From contig JBGARZ010000011.1 of the NCBI GenBank assembly GCA_044229975.1, positions 64,001-128,000 on the forward strand: a DNA stretch of 64,000 nucleotides, read 5' to 3'. Within the stretch, counting starts at the first letter, position 1. Every line of letters begins with the position of its first letter. The translations under genes and the position numbers were made by a program. The notes under the pieces were generated by a model. It made no database searches and was not told the DNA's origin. It saw only the letters and a program-made list of their open reading frames with translations. This document shows positions 9,864 through 20,244 of this stretch, piece by piece. The DNA is from Polyangiales bacterium. Lineage in GTDB: Bacteria; Myxococcota_A; Polyangia; Polyangiales; Ga0077539.

Positions 9864-10856
9864 CTACGGGCCGATCGGACGGAGCGTGGCCCCGACGTCG
9901 AAGGAGAGGCGACCGTCGCTCCCGTTGCAGATCACCACGACGGACGCGGCCTTCGGCGCGTCGCTCGCGTTGTCGTACCGGGCGAGCGCTGTAGAGCGCG
10001 TGACCTCGTCGACCGCACCAGCGAGGCAGCCCGTCTCGCCGCAAGGCGGCCGCACGAAGACCTTCGCGGGCGAACCGAGCGGGTCCGCGGGGCGCGTCGA
10101 CTCGGCGATCAGCGTCGTGCGCGGCGGCACCGTGATCGAGTAGTAGAGCGCGGGCTCCCTGTGCATCGCCGGGTTCTCGCTGCAGTACCCATTTCTCCCG
10201 GTCGTCAGCGCGAAGTCCTGGTCGCGCAGGACGACACCGGGGACGAGCGGCGTCGCGGTAGCGCAGGTGGCGTTGGCAGCGATCGGGCGGATGCGCACCC
10301 CAACGTCCACCGCCGTCGACGCACCAGCGAGGCCCTGGCTGGTGACCGCGATGAGCACGGTCCGTGACGCATCCTGGGTGTTCATGAAGAGGAGAGTGCC
10401 CAGCCCGGAGATGGTCTCCACGTCGTTCGGGAGGCAGGTGATGGCGTCGCAGTCCGACAGTGCGATGGCTGTGATTCCGCGGTTCCGGTTGTCGCTCAAG
10501 GTCACTTCGAGCGCGCCGCGGGCGGGCACCGTCGCCCGGTACCAGCGCGCGAAGACGTTCGGAGCAAACCTCCCGTCGCAGGTAGGAAGCGTCGAGAGCG
10601 TCCGCGGAAACGCCTGCGCTCGCAGGAGGTCGCCATCGTGTACCTCGCGCGCCTCTGCACAGCCCGCGTTGGGCGCGTCCACCGGGATCACCGCGGGGCG
10701 ATCCGACGACGGGGTGATGTCCGCGAGCGCTCCGAAGTCGATCGAGACGTTGGCGTCGAAGGTCGGCGGGCGGTCCGTCGCAGACTGCGAGCAGCCAACC
10801 ACAAGCGCAGACAAGCCGAGCATCGCCCCCAACAGACCGACGTGCGCTCGCCTCAT
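9864..10856 (-). CDS. Hypothetical lipoprotein with two similar beta-rich (PPC-like) domains
   Basis: MRRAHVGLLGAMLGLSALVVGC; duplicated C-x-x-A...WY/YY-x-x-TVP units. Confidence 0.75.
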   Translation of the reverse strand: MRRAHVGLLGAMLGLSALVVGCSQSATDRPPTFDANVSIDFGALADITPSSDRPAVIPVDAPNAGCAEAREVHDGDLLRAQAFPRTLSTLPTCDGRFAPNVFARWYRATVPARGALEVTLSDNRNRGITAIALSDCDAITCLPNDVETISGLGTLLFMNTQDASRTVLIAVTSQGLAGASTAVDVGVRIRPIAANATCATATPLVPGVVLRDQDFALTTGRNGYCSENPAMHREPALYYSITVPPRTTLIAESTRPADPLGSPAKVFVRPPCGETGCLAGAVDEVTRSTALARYDNASDAPKAASVVVICNGSDGRLSFDVGATLRPIGP

Positions 10857-10962
10857 GGTGGTTCCTCCGAGGGTTTCATCTACGCCCCGCTCGCAAAGAG
10901 ATGCAAAGCCGCGGACGACCCGATGCGTTGCGCGATCACGCGGTGCGGAGCATCCTCGCGCC

Positions 10963-11454
10963 GTGAGCTGGAGGGTGGTCGAGCGGCGCATCGGGCGCGC
11001 GGGTGGCGTGAAGATGCGCGAGGCCCGGCAACGGGAGTGGGACCGCAAGTACGGCGAAAACTGGGCCGTGGGCTACGTCATCGACGGCGAGTTCGTGCTC
11101 CAGGAGAAGGCGCTGGAGACCGTCTATCACGCCAGCTACGACCGCCACTTCGCCGAGCACCCCGACGATCTCGCGGAGCTCATCGCGACGGCCCGGAGGC
11201 TCCGCAACCCGCACGCCGAAGCGACGACCGGGGTCGACCTCCAGGTGCCCGCGATTCTCGATTACCTCCACCGCCACGAGCTCAAGCTCCAGGGCGATGC
11301 CCTGGTCGACATCGGATCATGGAAGGGCGAGGCGTCGCACGCGCTGTCGATCCGCCTGTCGCCGGTGCATGTGCGCTGCGTGGCGGACCCGCGCGTCACC
11401 CTGGAGAGCTACTGGCAAGACCGTAAGTGCCTCGCCGTCTGGGACGACGAGTAG
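10963..11454 (+). CDS. Hypothetical cytoplasmic protein
   Basis: Natural globular composition in the C-terminal part of ORF 10267..11454 (WDRKYGENWAVGY...NPHAEATTGVDLQVPAI); GTG start inferred. Confidence 0.75.
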   Translation: MSWRVVERRIGRAGGVKMREARQREWDRKYGENWAVGYVIDGEFVLQEKALETVYHASYDRHFAEHPDDLAELIATARRLRNPHAEATTGVDLQVPAILDYLHRHELKLQGDALVDIGSWKGEASHALSIRLSPVHVRCVADPRVTLESYWQDRKCLAVWDDE

Positions 11455-11736
11455 GAAGGCGCGCCCACTCCCGGCACTCTCACCAGCGCTCGGTAGACCG
11501 TGCCCCCATCATGGACGTGCACGCCAGCGTTGACCGTCAACCATCCCAACGTCGTGGACGTCCCGGTCGTCCGCCATGGACGACCGTCCCGAGCTCGTAG
11601 ACCACCATCACGCGGTCATGGTCGACCCTCCCACCCAGGAGGGTCGCGACCCCGGTGCCACTCTTGAATTCCCGTTGTTCTGGCGAAGGTCGAGGGACCG
11701 CGATGAGAGCACGAGCGCGACGCTGCGCCGGGTCTC

Positions 11737-11771
11737 CCCGCCTACCGATCGCGCTCCACCACGTAGTCCAC
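11737..11771. repeat. 35-bp direct repeat, copy 2 (native 3' end of polyprenyl synthetase)
   Basis: Encodes VDYVVERDR-stop plus a few downstream bases; see 8344-8378. Confidence 0.9.
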
Positions 11772-12920
11772 CAGCGCTTGCAGCACCGCCCGGTGCACGC
11801 TCGGCCGCATCCACGTCCACGACGCCAGCATCGCACCCGCCGCCGCCGCTCGCCGCTGCGCCACACCGCGCGCATACCCCAGGCTGTCGTAGCGGTGCAC
11901 CCGCTCCAGCAACCAGTCGATGTCGTCTCGCGTCTTCGTCCGCGCGACGTCCTCCAGCAGCGCCACCAGCGCCGCCTGCCCTGCCCCGTCGATGTGCCCC
12001 GCGCCCACCAGCTCCGGAACCACCCGCCGCAGCCTCCCGGCCAGGTCGTCGCGCGCCGGATCAACGGTGTCCGGCCGCGGCCGATCGAGGATCTCCAGCG
12101 CCCTCGCCCGCTCCGCTTCGTCCATCGACCGCAGCGCGTGCAGCAGGATGAGCGTGTGCTTGCCCTCCCACAGATCGCCCGCGATCTCCTTGCCGTAATC
12201 CGACTCGCGCGCGAGCAGATTCAATACGTCGTCCTGTATCTGAAACGCCGCCCCCAGCGCCCCCGCGAACTCCTCCAGCGCCTTGATCTGCTCGTTGGGC
12301 GCGCCCGCCACGATGGCCCCGATGCGCACCGGCGCGATGAAGCTGTACCAGCCGGTCTTCTGGTCGACCATGTGGAGGTAGTCGTCGTCGGTGAGGTCCC
12401 ACCGCGCGCGGCGCACCCAGTCGAGCTCGATGGCCTGCCCCTCGGCCGACTCGCGCGCCATCACCGACACCGTCTCGAGGATCCGCAGCGCCCGACCCAT
12501 GTCGAGCTTGTGCATGTTGTCGAGCAGCGGTTGCAGCGCCATCGCCAGCATCGCGTCGCCCACGTTGACCGCGATCGGAACGCCATGCAGCCGCTGCAAC
12601 GTGAGTGCGTCGCGGCGCTTCTCCGAGCGGTCTTCCACGTCGTCGTGGATGAGAAACGCGTTGTGATACAGCTCCAGCACCGCGGCGCTCGGGAGCGCGC
12701 CCTCCAACGGCCCGCCCAGCGCCCGACACGCGGCGACGCACAGCGCCGGCCGCAGCCCCTTGGCGTCGCGCAGCGGGTAGTCGAGCATCAGGTCGTAGAG
12801 CACCTTCGACGCGCGCGAGTCCGTCGGAACCATCGCGCGAATCTCGTCGATGACCATCGCCCGGCACTCGGCGAGGTACTTCCCGAGGTCGACCTCGTCG
12901 ACGCCGCGCGCGCCGCTCAC
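11742..12920 (-). CDS. Polyprenyl synthetase family protein
   Basis: KGLRP, HNAFLIHDDVEDRSEKRR, EGQ, KTG, FQIQDDVLN, GKHT; GTG overlaps the HAD stop. Confidence 0.93.
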   Translation of the reverse strand: MSGARGVDEVDLGKYLAECRAMVIDEIRAMVPTDSRASKVLYDLMLDYPLRDAKGLRPALCVAACRALGGPLEGALPSAAVLELYHNAFLIHDDVEDRSEKRRDALTLQRLHGVPIAVNVGDAMLAMALQPLLDNMHKLDMGRALRILETVSVMARESAEGQAIELDWVRRARWDLTDDDYLHMVDQKTGWYSFIAPVRIGAIVAGAPNEQIKALEEFAGALGAAFQIQDDVLNLLARESDYGKEIAGDLWEGKHTLILLHALRSMDEAERARALEILDRPRPDTVDPARDDLAGRLRRVVPELVGAGHIDGAGQAALVALLEDVARTKTRDDIDWLLERVHRYDSLGYARGVAQRRAAAAGAMLASWTWMRPSVHRAVLQALVDYVVERDR

Positions 12921-13585
12921 GGGTCGTTGAGCAGCGGCAGGAGGTCTTCGAGGTCTTCGAAGACGTGGTCGGGCGCGGCGCGCACCAGGTCTTCGCGGCG
13001 ACCGTGGCCCCACGTCGCGGCGGCCGTTCGCATGCCCGCGGCCTTGCCCGCGAACACATCCCGCAAGGTGTCGCCCACCAGCAGGCAGCGGTCGGCCGGT
13101 GATTCGGCGCGACGCAAGAGCAGGTGCAGCAGGTCGGGCGCGGGCTTCGGCGGAATGCTCGTGCCCGCGGTGCCCTCGATGGAGCGAAAGAACCCCTCGA
13201 TGCCCAGGTGTCGACACACCGCGCGGGCCGTCTCGCTGCGCTTGGCGGTGGCGACGGCGAGCCACGGCCGCGGGCGCAGCAGCGAGAGCGCTTCGAGGGT
13301 CTCGAACACCCCTGGATACAGCCGCGTGTTGCTGTGCTGGAGGTTGTCGTACTGCGCGCGGTAGCAGCGGGCGAAGCGGTCGAACTGGGCCTCGGTGTGG
13401 CCGGGCGAGGCGACGGCGAAGATGGCTTCGAGCGGCGACCCGTCGACCAGCAGGTGCACCGGGTGCTCGGTGCGAACGCCCACCTCTGCGAGCGCAAACT
13501 CCAGGGCGAGGGTGATGTCCTTCGCGGAGTCGGCGAGGGTGCCGTCGAGGTCGAAGAACACGGCGGCAAAGCGGGGGACGCGCAT
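12917..13585 (-). CDS. HAD-family phosphatase (phosphoglycolate phosphatase-like)
   Basis: FDLDGTLADS, ATAK, KPAP, VGDTLRD motifs. Confidence 0.92.
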   Translation of the reverse strand: MRVPRFAAVFFDLDGTLADSAKDITLALEFALAEVGVRTEHPVHLLVDGSPLEAIFAVASPGHTEAQFDRFARCYRAQYDNLQHSNTRLYPGVFETLEALSLLRPRPWLAVATAKRSETARAVCRHLGIEGFFRSIEGTAGTSIPPKPAPDLLHLLLRRAESPADRCLLVGDTLRDVFAGKAAGMRTAAATWGHGRREDLVRAAPDHVFEDLEDLLPLLNDP

Positions 13586-13711
13586 CGGTGGAGGACCCGC
13601 AGGATGCCGTGACATGGGTGACCGAGGCAACGGGCTCGCGCTGGGAAACTCGCGCCCGACACGACGCCACTGATAGTGTGGTCGCCGCACTTTGCTGGAG
13701 GTCGATCGTCG

Positions 13712-16285
13712 ATGAGCACTCGTAGGACACACCGCTCCGTCACCTTGATCGCGCTGCTGGGCGCCGCGCTGGCGGGCTGTTCGCAGGGCCTGAGCGTGGT
13801 GGGCGGCCCGGCCGACGCGGCGCCGACGACCAACGACCTCGGCCTCGCCGACGCCACCGCCGAAGCGGGCATGGACTCAGGCATCGACGCGAGCACGCCC
13901 ATGGACGTCACCGCGGACACCGCGGCCGACGTCGCGGCGGACGTCGGGATGGACACCCCGGCCGACATGGGCCCGCCCCGCTGCCTGGGCGCGATGGACT
14001 GCATGGGCATGACGGGCCGCGAGACCTGCGACACGAGCAGCGGGCGGTGCGTTCAGTGCGTGGCCTCGGCCGACACCTGCCCCGCGTCGGAGCACTGCAA
14101 CGGCGCCACCAACACCTGCGAGCCGGGCTGCCGCAGCGACGAGGGCTGCGCGTCGTCCGCCGGGCCGACGGACTCGGGCGTGTTGCCGAGCCTGCGCTGC
14201 GACACGGCCAACAACCGCTGCGTGCAGTGCGTCGTCAACGAGCACTGCCCGTCGGGCAACCTCTGCGTGGGCAACGTCTGCGTGATGGGCTGCACCGCCG
14301 GGAGCGCCTGCCCGTCGGGCCAGACCTGCTGCTCGGGCGCGTGCGTCGACGCGCAGACCAACCTCGCCAACTGCGGAACCTGCGGCACCCGCTGCTCGGT
14401 TCCCAACGCCGCGCAGCTCTGCCTCAACGGCACCTGCGCCGTCGCCTCGTGCTCGACGGGCTTCGGCGACTGCGACATGACCGGCGCCAACGGCTGCGAG
14501 ACCAACACCCAGACCGACCTCATGCACTGCGGCGCCTGCAACCGCGCGTGCCCGGTGCGCGCCAACGCGACGTCGTCGTGCGCCGCGGGCACGTGCAGCT
14601 TCACCTGCAACGCGGGCTTCGCCGACTGCGACATGGACCCGTCCAACGGCTGCGAGGTCGACACCAACGGCAGCACCGCCAACTGCGGCGCCTGCCGCGC
14701 GGCGTGCAACCCGGCCAACGCGACGGCCGCCTGCGTCGCCGGGGCGTGCACCATCACCGCCTGCGATGAGGGCTTCGGCAACTGCGATGGGAACGTTCCC
14801 AACGGGTGCGAGACCAACGTCCGCACGAGCGTGACCCACTGCGGCCGCTGCATGAACGAGTGCCCCGCGCGCCCCAACGGCTTCCCCGGCTGCGTCGGCG
14901 GAGCGTGCGTCATCTCCTGCCAGTCGGGCTTCGCCGACTGCAACGACATGGAGGCCGACGGCTGCGAGGCCAACACCCGCACCTCCACCACCAACTGCGG
15001 CTCGTGCGGCCGCGAGTGCATGGCTTCGGGCGGCACCGCGAGCTGCGTGTCTTCGGTGTGCCGCGTGGCGGGCTGCGACCCGGGCCGCGGCGACTGCGAC
15101 GGCATGACGGGCAACGGCTGCGAGGTCGACGTCACCAGCACCGTCGCCCACTGCGGGGGCTGCGGGATGGCGTGCCCGGCGCGGGCCAACTCCACGCCGA
15201 CCTGCGCGGCGGGCGCGTGCGGCCTCACCTGCACCACGGGCTTCGGCGACTGCGACCTCGCCATCGCCAACGGCTGCGAGGTCAACACCACCAACACCGT
15301 CGCCCACTGCGGGGCCTGCGGTCGGATGTGCGGCCTGGCCAACGCGACGGCCGGGTGCGCCGCGAGCGCGTGCACCGTGGCCGCGTGCGACACGGGCTTC
15401 GGCGACTGCAACAACGTGGCGGGCGACGGCTGCGAGGTCGACGTGCGCAGCAGCGCGGCCCACTGCGGCACCTGCGGCAACACGTGCAACTACCGCAACG
15501 CGACGGGCGTGTGCCGCGGCGGAACGTGCTCCATGGGCGCCTGCAACGCGGGCTTCTCGGACTGCAACTACAACCCTGCTGACGGCTGCGAGACCACCGG
15601 GGCGTGTGTGTACGCGAGCTGCAACGCGATTCCGCGGGCGGCGCCGACGGGGGTCTACACCCTCAACGCGGGCGGCTCGAACTGGAGCGCCTACTGCGAC
15701 ATGACCAACGACGGCGGCGGCTGGACGCTGGTGATGAAGGTCCCCGGCCGCGACCCGGGCTTCGTCTACACGAGCGCCATCTGGACGGACACCTCGGTGC
15801 TCAACGTGGGCTCGCTCGACCTGTCGACGACGCCGGCGAAGTTCGCCGGGTTCTCGACGCTGACCTTCACGCAGCTCCGTCTGGGGATGATCGACGGCTC
15901 GCCGCGGTACATCGTGGTCAACGCCGTGGCCTCGCCCGCGGGCTCTCTGCGCGAGGTGCTCGCTGGTCCGGCGCGGGCCTTCGCCACGCCCCCCGGGCGC
16001 GCCGCCTGGTACAGCCTGCTGAGCTCGCCTTCGTTGCAACCCTTCTGCAACGCCCAGGGCTTCAACCAGATCAGCGGCGGCAACTACCAGGCGGTTCGCA
16101 TCGGCATCCTGACCAACCAGGAGAACGACTGCTCCACCTCCGACTCCCGCATTGGGTTTGGCGGTCTGTACAACCAGTGCGAGGGCGGCCTGGGCGCCAA
16201 CATCTCCAGCGGCAACGTCGCGAGCTGCGGCGCGGAAAACGGCAGCCGCGCGACGGAGGTCTACGGCCTCATCTTCGTGCGCTGA
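13712..16285 (+). CDS. Cys-rich repeat lipoprotein with C-terminal fibrinogen-like domain
   Basis: LAGC lipobox; repeated GF(A/G)DCD...NGCE...HCG-x-C units; SCNAI...GVYTL...[14 protein letters not shown]. Confidence 0.88.
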   Translation: MSTRRTHRSVTLIALLGAALAGCSQGLSVVGGPADAAPTTNDLGLADATAEAGMDSGIDASTPMDVTADTAADVAADVGMDTPADMGPPRCLGAMDCMGMTGRETCDTSSGRCVQCVASADTCPASEHCNGATNTCEPGCRSDEGCASSAGPTDSGVLPSLRCDTANNRCVQCVVNEHCPSGNLCVGNVCVMGCTAGSACPSGQTCCSGACVDAQTNLANCGTCGTRCSVPNAAQLCLNGTCAVASCSTGFGDCDMTGANGCETNTQTDLMHCGACNRACPVRANATSSCAAGTCSFTCNAGFADCDMDPSNGCEVDTNGSTANCGACRAACNPANATAACVAGACTITACDEGFGNCDGNVPNGCETNVRTSVTHCGRCMNECPARPNGFPGCVGGACVISCQSGFADCNDMEADGCEANTRTSTTNCGSCGRECMASGGTASCVSSVCRVAGCDPGRGDCDGMTGNGCEVDVTSTVAHCGGCGMACPARANSTPTCAAGACGLTCTTGFGDCDLAIANGCEVNTTNTVAHCGACGRMCGLANATAGCAASACTVAACDTGFGDCNNVAGDGCEVDVRSSAAHCGTCGNTCNYRNATGVCRGGTCSMGACNAGFSDCNYNPADGCETTGACVYASCNAIPRAAPTGVYTLNAGGSNWSAYCDMTNDGGGWTLVMKVPGRDPGFVYTSAIWTDTSVLNVGSLDLSTTPAKFAGFSTLTFTQLRLGMIDGSPRYIVVNAVASPAGSLREVLAGPARAFATPPGRAAWYSLLSSPSLQPFCNAQGFNQISGGNYQAVRIGILTNQENDCSTSDSRIGFGGLYNQCEGGLGANISSGNVASCGAENGSRATEVYGLIFVR

Positions 16286-16296
16286 CCAGCAGACCC

Positions 16297-17247
16297 ATGG
16301 CGACGGCGTCCGTCCGCTTCGAGGATCACCGCGCGGCCCTGACCGGCCACTGCTACCGCATGCTGGGTTCGGTGGCCGACGCGGACGACGCCGTGCAGGA
16401 GACCATGGTGCGCGCGTGGCGCTCCTACGAGCGCTTCGACGGGCGCTCGTCGCTGCGGACGTGGCTGCACCGCATCGCCACCAACACCTGCCTCGACGCG
16501 TTGTCCGATCGCTCGCACCGCGCCCGGCCCTTCGAAGAAGGCCCGTCCAACACCGTCGACGATGAGATCGTGGCGAAGGCCCGCACCCACTGGCTGGAGC
16601 CCATCGCCGAGGCGCACGCCATCCCCGCGGACATCGATCCGTCGGAGCGGGCGGTGCTGCGGCAGAGCATCCGGCTGGCCTTCGTGGCGGCGCTGCAACG
16701 GTTGCCTCCGAAGCAGCGGGCGGCGCTGCTGCTGACGGAGGTGCTCGACTGGTCGGCGGCGGAGGTGGCCGACGCGCTCGACACGTCGGTGGAGGCGATC
16801 AACAGCGCGCTGCAACGGGCGCGGGCGACCATGCGGCAGCACGACCGGGCGACGGAACCCGCGGAGCTCACCGAGGGGCAGCGGCGGATGCTCGACCGCT
16901 ACGTGGATGCGTTTCACCGCTACGACGTCGACGGGCTCACGGCGCTGCTGCGCGAGGACGCGACGCTGTCGATGCCGCCGTACTCGTTCTGGTTGCAGGG
17001 GCCCGAGACGATTCACGCATGGCTCAACGGCCGTGGCAGCGGGTGCCGCGGGTCGCGACTGGTGGAAGTGGCGGCGGGCGGGGCACCGGCCTTCGCGCAG
17101 TACCGGCCGAAGCCTGAGGGCGGTCACGCGGCGTGGGCGCTCATCGTGCTGGAGCTCGACGGCGAGAGCATCCGCGGGTGGAACTCCTTCCTCGACGTCG
17201 AGACCCACTTCCCGCGGCTCGGTCTGGTGATGGAACTCCCCGCGTAG
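16297..17247 (+). CDS. ECF sigma factor with C-terminal SnoaL-like domain (SigG-like)
   Basis: HCYRMLGS...DAVQET...[19 protein letters not shown]...[14 protein letters not shown]...SMPPY. Confidence 0.92.
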   Translation: MATASVRFEDHRAALTGHCYRMLGSVADADDAVQETMVRAWRSYERFDGRSSLRTWLHRIATNTCLDALSDRSHRARPFEEGPSNTVDDEIVAKARTHWLEPIAEAHAIPADIDPSERAVLRQSIRLAFVAALQRLPPKQRAALLLTEVLDWSAAEVADALDTSVEAINSALQRARATMRQHDRATEPAELTEGQRRMLDRYVDAFHRYDVDGLTALLREDATLSMPPYSFWLQGPETIHAWLNGRGSGCRGSRLVEVAAGGAPAFAQYRPKPEGGHAAWALIVLELDGESIRGWNSFLDVETHFPRLGLVMELPA

Positions 17248-17263
17248 AAAATCGTCCGACGAC

Positions 17264-17294
17264 CGATGAGTCTGTCTTCGGGGCGGAGTCCAAG
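17264..17294 (+). promoter_or_regulatory. Putative SigG-type ECF promoter for the VOC gene
   Basis: CGATGA-N18-GTCCAAG resembles the recalled SigG consensus CGATGA-N18-GTCNNTA. Confidence 0.6.
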
Positions 17295-17359
17295 GGGCAT
17301 CAACCCGACGCTCTGCACGACGCGGAGCGCGGCAACGACCCGAGAAAGCGAGAACTCCG

Positions 17360-17761
17360 ATGCCCAGCCGAAAGCTCTTCGTCAACCTGCCGGTGCGCGA
17401 CCTGAAGAAGTCCGTGGCCTTCTTCACGAGCCTCGGGTTCGCCTTCAACCCGAAGTTCACCGACGACAAGGCGGCCTGCATGATCGTCAGCGAGGAGGCC
17501 TTCGTGATGCTCCTCGTGCATCCGTTCTTCAACACCTTCACGAAGCGCGAGATCTGCGACGAGAAGCACGTCGAGGCGCTGTTCTCGATCTCGTGTGAGA
17601 GCCGCGCGGAGGTTGACGAGCTGGTGAAGAAGGCCCTCGCCAACGGGGCCGCCCCCGACGTCGACCCGGAGGATCACGGCTTCATGTACTCGTGGAGCTT
17701 CTACGACCTCGACGGCCACGGCTGGGGCGTCCTCTGGATGGACCCGGCCGCCGCGGCGTAG
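17360..17761 (+). CDS. VOC/glyoxalase family protein
   Basis: LFVNLPVRDLKKSVAFF...FNPKFTD...HGFMYSWSFYDLDGH. Confidence 0.92.
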   Translation: MPSRKLFVNLPVRDLKKSVAFFTSLGFAFNPKFTDDKAACMIVSEEAFVMLLVHPFFNTFTKREICDEKHVEALFSISCESRAEVDELVKKALANGAAPDVDPEDHGFMYSWSFYDLDGHGWGVLWMDPAAAA

Positions 17762-17764
17762 GGA

Positions 17765-18199
17765 TCAGCGCGGCCCCACCACGTGGAGCTGGCGCAGGTA
17801 GGCCATCAACGCTGGCATCTCGCTCTCGGGAAGACGATCGACGCCGATCGCGGGCATCCCGTCGGGGGCGCGGCCCGACCCCTCGCGGATCTGCCGACGC
17901 ACGGCAGCCTCGGAGCGGTTGGCCGCCGACAGCGAGCCGCCCGAAGGCACCTGCCACATCGCCAGGTGACACGGCCCGCACACCCTCATGAACACTACGC
18001 TCCCCTGGAGGGCCTGCGCATCGGACGGGGGCCTGGACGGCACCACTGGCGCGGGTGCGCTCGGCGGCGTGTAGACGTCGACCACGACAGGGGCGCCTGC
18101 ATCGGTCGATGCCTCGACGGGCGAAGGCTGCTGCGGCGCTCGGCGAGCCGTCACACAACCGAGCACGAAGACCAGCGCGCAGAGCGGGCGCGCGGTCAC
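17765..18199 (-). CDS. Monoheme c-type cytochrome, probable lipoprotein
   Basis: VLGC lipobox-like; CGPCH; distal GMPA; GTG overlaps the P450 stop. Confidence 0.8.
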   Translation of the reverse strand: MTARPLCALVFVLGCVTARRAPQQPSPVEASTDAGAPVVVDVYTPPSAPAPVVPSRPPSDAQALQGSVVFMRVCGPCHLAMWQVPSGGSLSAANRSEAAVRRQIREGSGRAPDGMPAIGVDRLPESEMPALMAYLRQLHVVGPR

Positions 18200-19542
18200 G
18201 CCTCGATCGCCCGGCGGTGCGCCGTCATCGGCATGCCCCCTCTGGGGCGCAGCGTGACGAGGGGTTCCATCTCCGCGGGCGGCGCCGACGGGGGCAGCTC
18301 GAAGCGCACCCGCTGGGCGAGCGTCGCGAGGGCGAGGTGGCCCTCCATCAGCGCGAAGTGGTTGCCGATGCACACGCGCGGGCCAGCGCCGAAGGGGAGG
18401 AAGGCGTTTTTGGGAAGGGCCTTTTCGGCCTCCGGGGTGAAGCGCTCGGGGTCGAAGCGCTCGGGGTCGGGAAACAGCACCGGGTCGTGGTGCATCCCGA
18501 TGATGTTGATGACGACGAGGTTGCCCTTCGGGATGTGTCGCCCTTCGATGTCGACGTCCCGCAGCGCCCGCCGCGCGATGACGTACGCGGGCGGATAGAG
18601 ACGCATCGCCTCCTTGAAGACCATCATCGCGTAGGGGAGCTTCGCGAGGTCGGCCAGCGTCGGCGTGCGGCCACCGAGGTGGGCGTCGAGCTCGCGCTCC
18701 AGGCGATCGCGCACCGCGGGGTGCTTCGCCAGCAGGTAGAAGGTCCAGGTGAGGGCGTTGGCCGTGGTCTCGTGGCCCGCGAGGAAGATGGTCATGGCCT
18801 CGTCCCGCACCTGCTTGTCGGTCATCGCACCGCCCGCTTCGTCGCGCGCCGCGAGCAGCATGGAGAGGAAGTCGTGGCGCTCGCCCCCGGCCCGGCGGCG
18901 CTCCTCGATGAGCCCGTAGATGATGCGGTCGAGGCGGGCGACGGCGCGCAGCCCGCGGCGGTTGCCCGGCGTCGGCCACGTCGGCGGAATCGGGATCACC
19001 GAGCGCACCATGCGGCTCATCTGGGCCATGGCATCGGTGAGGGCGCCGTGCACCTCCTCGGCCTCCGCGCCGACCTCCGCGCCGAAGAGCGTCGCCCCGA
19101 CGATCTCCAGCGTGAGCCGCATCATCAGGGTGTTGACGTCCACCGACGCACCGTCGCGCAACGTTCGCTGCGCCGCCTCGGAGCGATCGGCGATGGTGGT
19201 CGCGTAGTCCGCGAGGCGCTTCGGCATGAACGACGGCGCCAGCATGCGCCGCTGCTTGCGGTGGAAGGCCCCCTCGCTCGACAGCAGCCCGTCGCCCAGC
19301 ATCGGCTTCATGAAGTAGCTCAGCGCGAGGCCCTTCATGAACGCGTCGCTCTGCTCGACCAGCACCGCGTGCGCGATGGCCGGGTCGGTCACGAGCTGCG
19401 ACTGCACCAGGCCGCCCCAGAGCGACATGCGCGCGATGGGCCCGTGCCGCCGCGGGACGGTCAACAGGAAGTCGACGCGCGTCTCCTGCCGCCGCAGGCG
19501 GAGCCGCTCGACGAAGGTCACGACGGGGATGGGTTGGTTCAT
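18196..19542 (-). CDS. Cytochrome P450
   Basis: AGHETT, EAMR, PERF, PFGAGPRVCIG; GGAGG RBS upstream. Confidence 0.96.
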   Translation of the reverse strand: MNQPIPVVTFVERLRLRRQETRVDFLLTVPRRHGPIARMSLWGGLVQSQLVTDPAIAHAVLVEQSDAFMKGLALSYFMKPMLGDGLLSSEGAFHRKQRRMLAPSFMPKRLADYATTIADRSEAAQRTLRDGASVDVNTLMMRLTLEIVGATLFGAEVGAEAEEVHGALTDAMAQMSRMVRSVIPIPPTWPTPGNRRGLRAVARLDRIIYGLIEERRRAGGERHDFLSMLLAARDEAGGAMTDKQVRDEAMTIFLAGHETTANALTWTFYLLAKHPAVRDRLERELDAHLGGRTPTLADLAKLPYAMMVFKEAMRLYPPAYVIARRALRDVDIEGRHIPKGNLVVINIIGMHHDPVLFPDPERFDPERFTPEAEKALPKNAFLPFGAGPRVCIGNHFALMEGHLALATLAQRVRFELPPSAPPAEMEPLVTLRPRGGMPMTAHRRAIEA

Positions 19543-19563
19543 CACGAAGCCTCCATGGGATCG

Positions 19564-19615
19564 CTATTGTCGTGATGACAATAGAAGCCCACGGGTTATT
19601 GTCAAGGCACCAATA
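19564..19615. promoter_or_regulatory. Putative TetR operators in the divergent P450/TetR promoter
   Basis: CTATTGTC-N5-GACAATAG at 19564-19584; related TATTG-N9-CAATA at 19597-19615. Confidence 0.75.
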
Positions 19616-20244
19616 TGAAGCCCACCCGACGACGACGTGACCCTGAGGAGGCGCGCGGAGAACTCCTCGACGCGGCCGATCGGCTGCTGGCCGAGCGCCC
19701 GCCCGACGCGGTGGGTCTGGCCGACATCGCGCGCGACGCGGGGGTGAGCCACGCGCTGGTGTCGCACTACTTCGGCACGTACGTCGGCGTGGTCGACGCG
19801 GTGCTGGAGCGTCGTCGCGCCGCGGTGCGCGCTCGCATGATGGAGCGCATCGCGAAGGCCGACCTCGTCGACCCCGACGAGCTGCTCGACGCGCTCTTCG
19901 AGGCGCTGTCCGACCGCACCTTCGTGCGCCTGTCGCTGTGGGCGCTGGCGGCCGAGCGGCCCTCGGCGAGCGAGACCTTCCCGCTGCACTCGCAGGGGAT
20001 GCGGCTCGTGGCGGAGGCCATCGTCGAGCGGCTGGGCGACCGTCGCGCGGAGACGCGGAAGCGCATCGAGCAGGCGCTGGTGGTCGCGGGGAGCGCGGCC
20101 CTCGGGTACGTCGTGGCGCGCGGCGGGTGGATGGCCGCGCTCGGTCGGGAGCCGTCGGCGGCGTTCGATCGCTCGGTGCGGAGGGCGCTCGGGGAGATGC
20201 TGCGCACGTTTACGGCGCCGCTCACTGCCGGGAGTGCGACGTAG
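19615..20244 (+). CDS. TetR/AcrR family regulator
   Basis: ELLDAA...LADIARDAGVSHALVSHYFG HTH; divergent from P450. Confidence 0.93.
   Translation: MKPTRRRRDPEEARGELLDAADRLLAERPPDAVGLADIARDAGVSHALVSHYFGTYVGVVDAVLERRRAAVRARMMERIAKADLVDPDELLDALFEALSDRTFVRLSLWALAAERPSASETFPLHSQGMRLVAEAIVERLGDRRAETRKRIEQALVVAGSAALGYVVARGGWMAALGREPSAAFDRSVRRALGEMLRTFTAPLTAGSAT

Noticed and set aside
11500..11735. Possible small gene or fragment just inside the right direct repeat
   Set aside because: No frame with a convincing start or recognisable motif
13712..16285. Cys-rich proteins as multiheme cytochromes or RiPP precursors
   Set aside because: Repeats are CxxC without the following His, and they are large lipoproteins with no modifying enzymes adjacent
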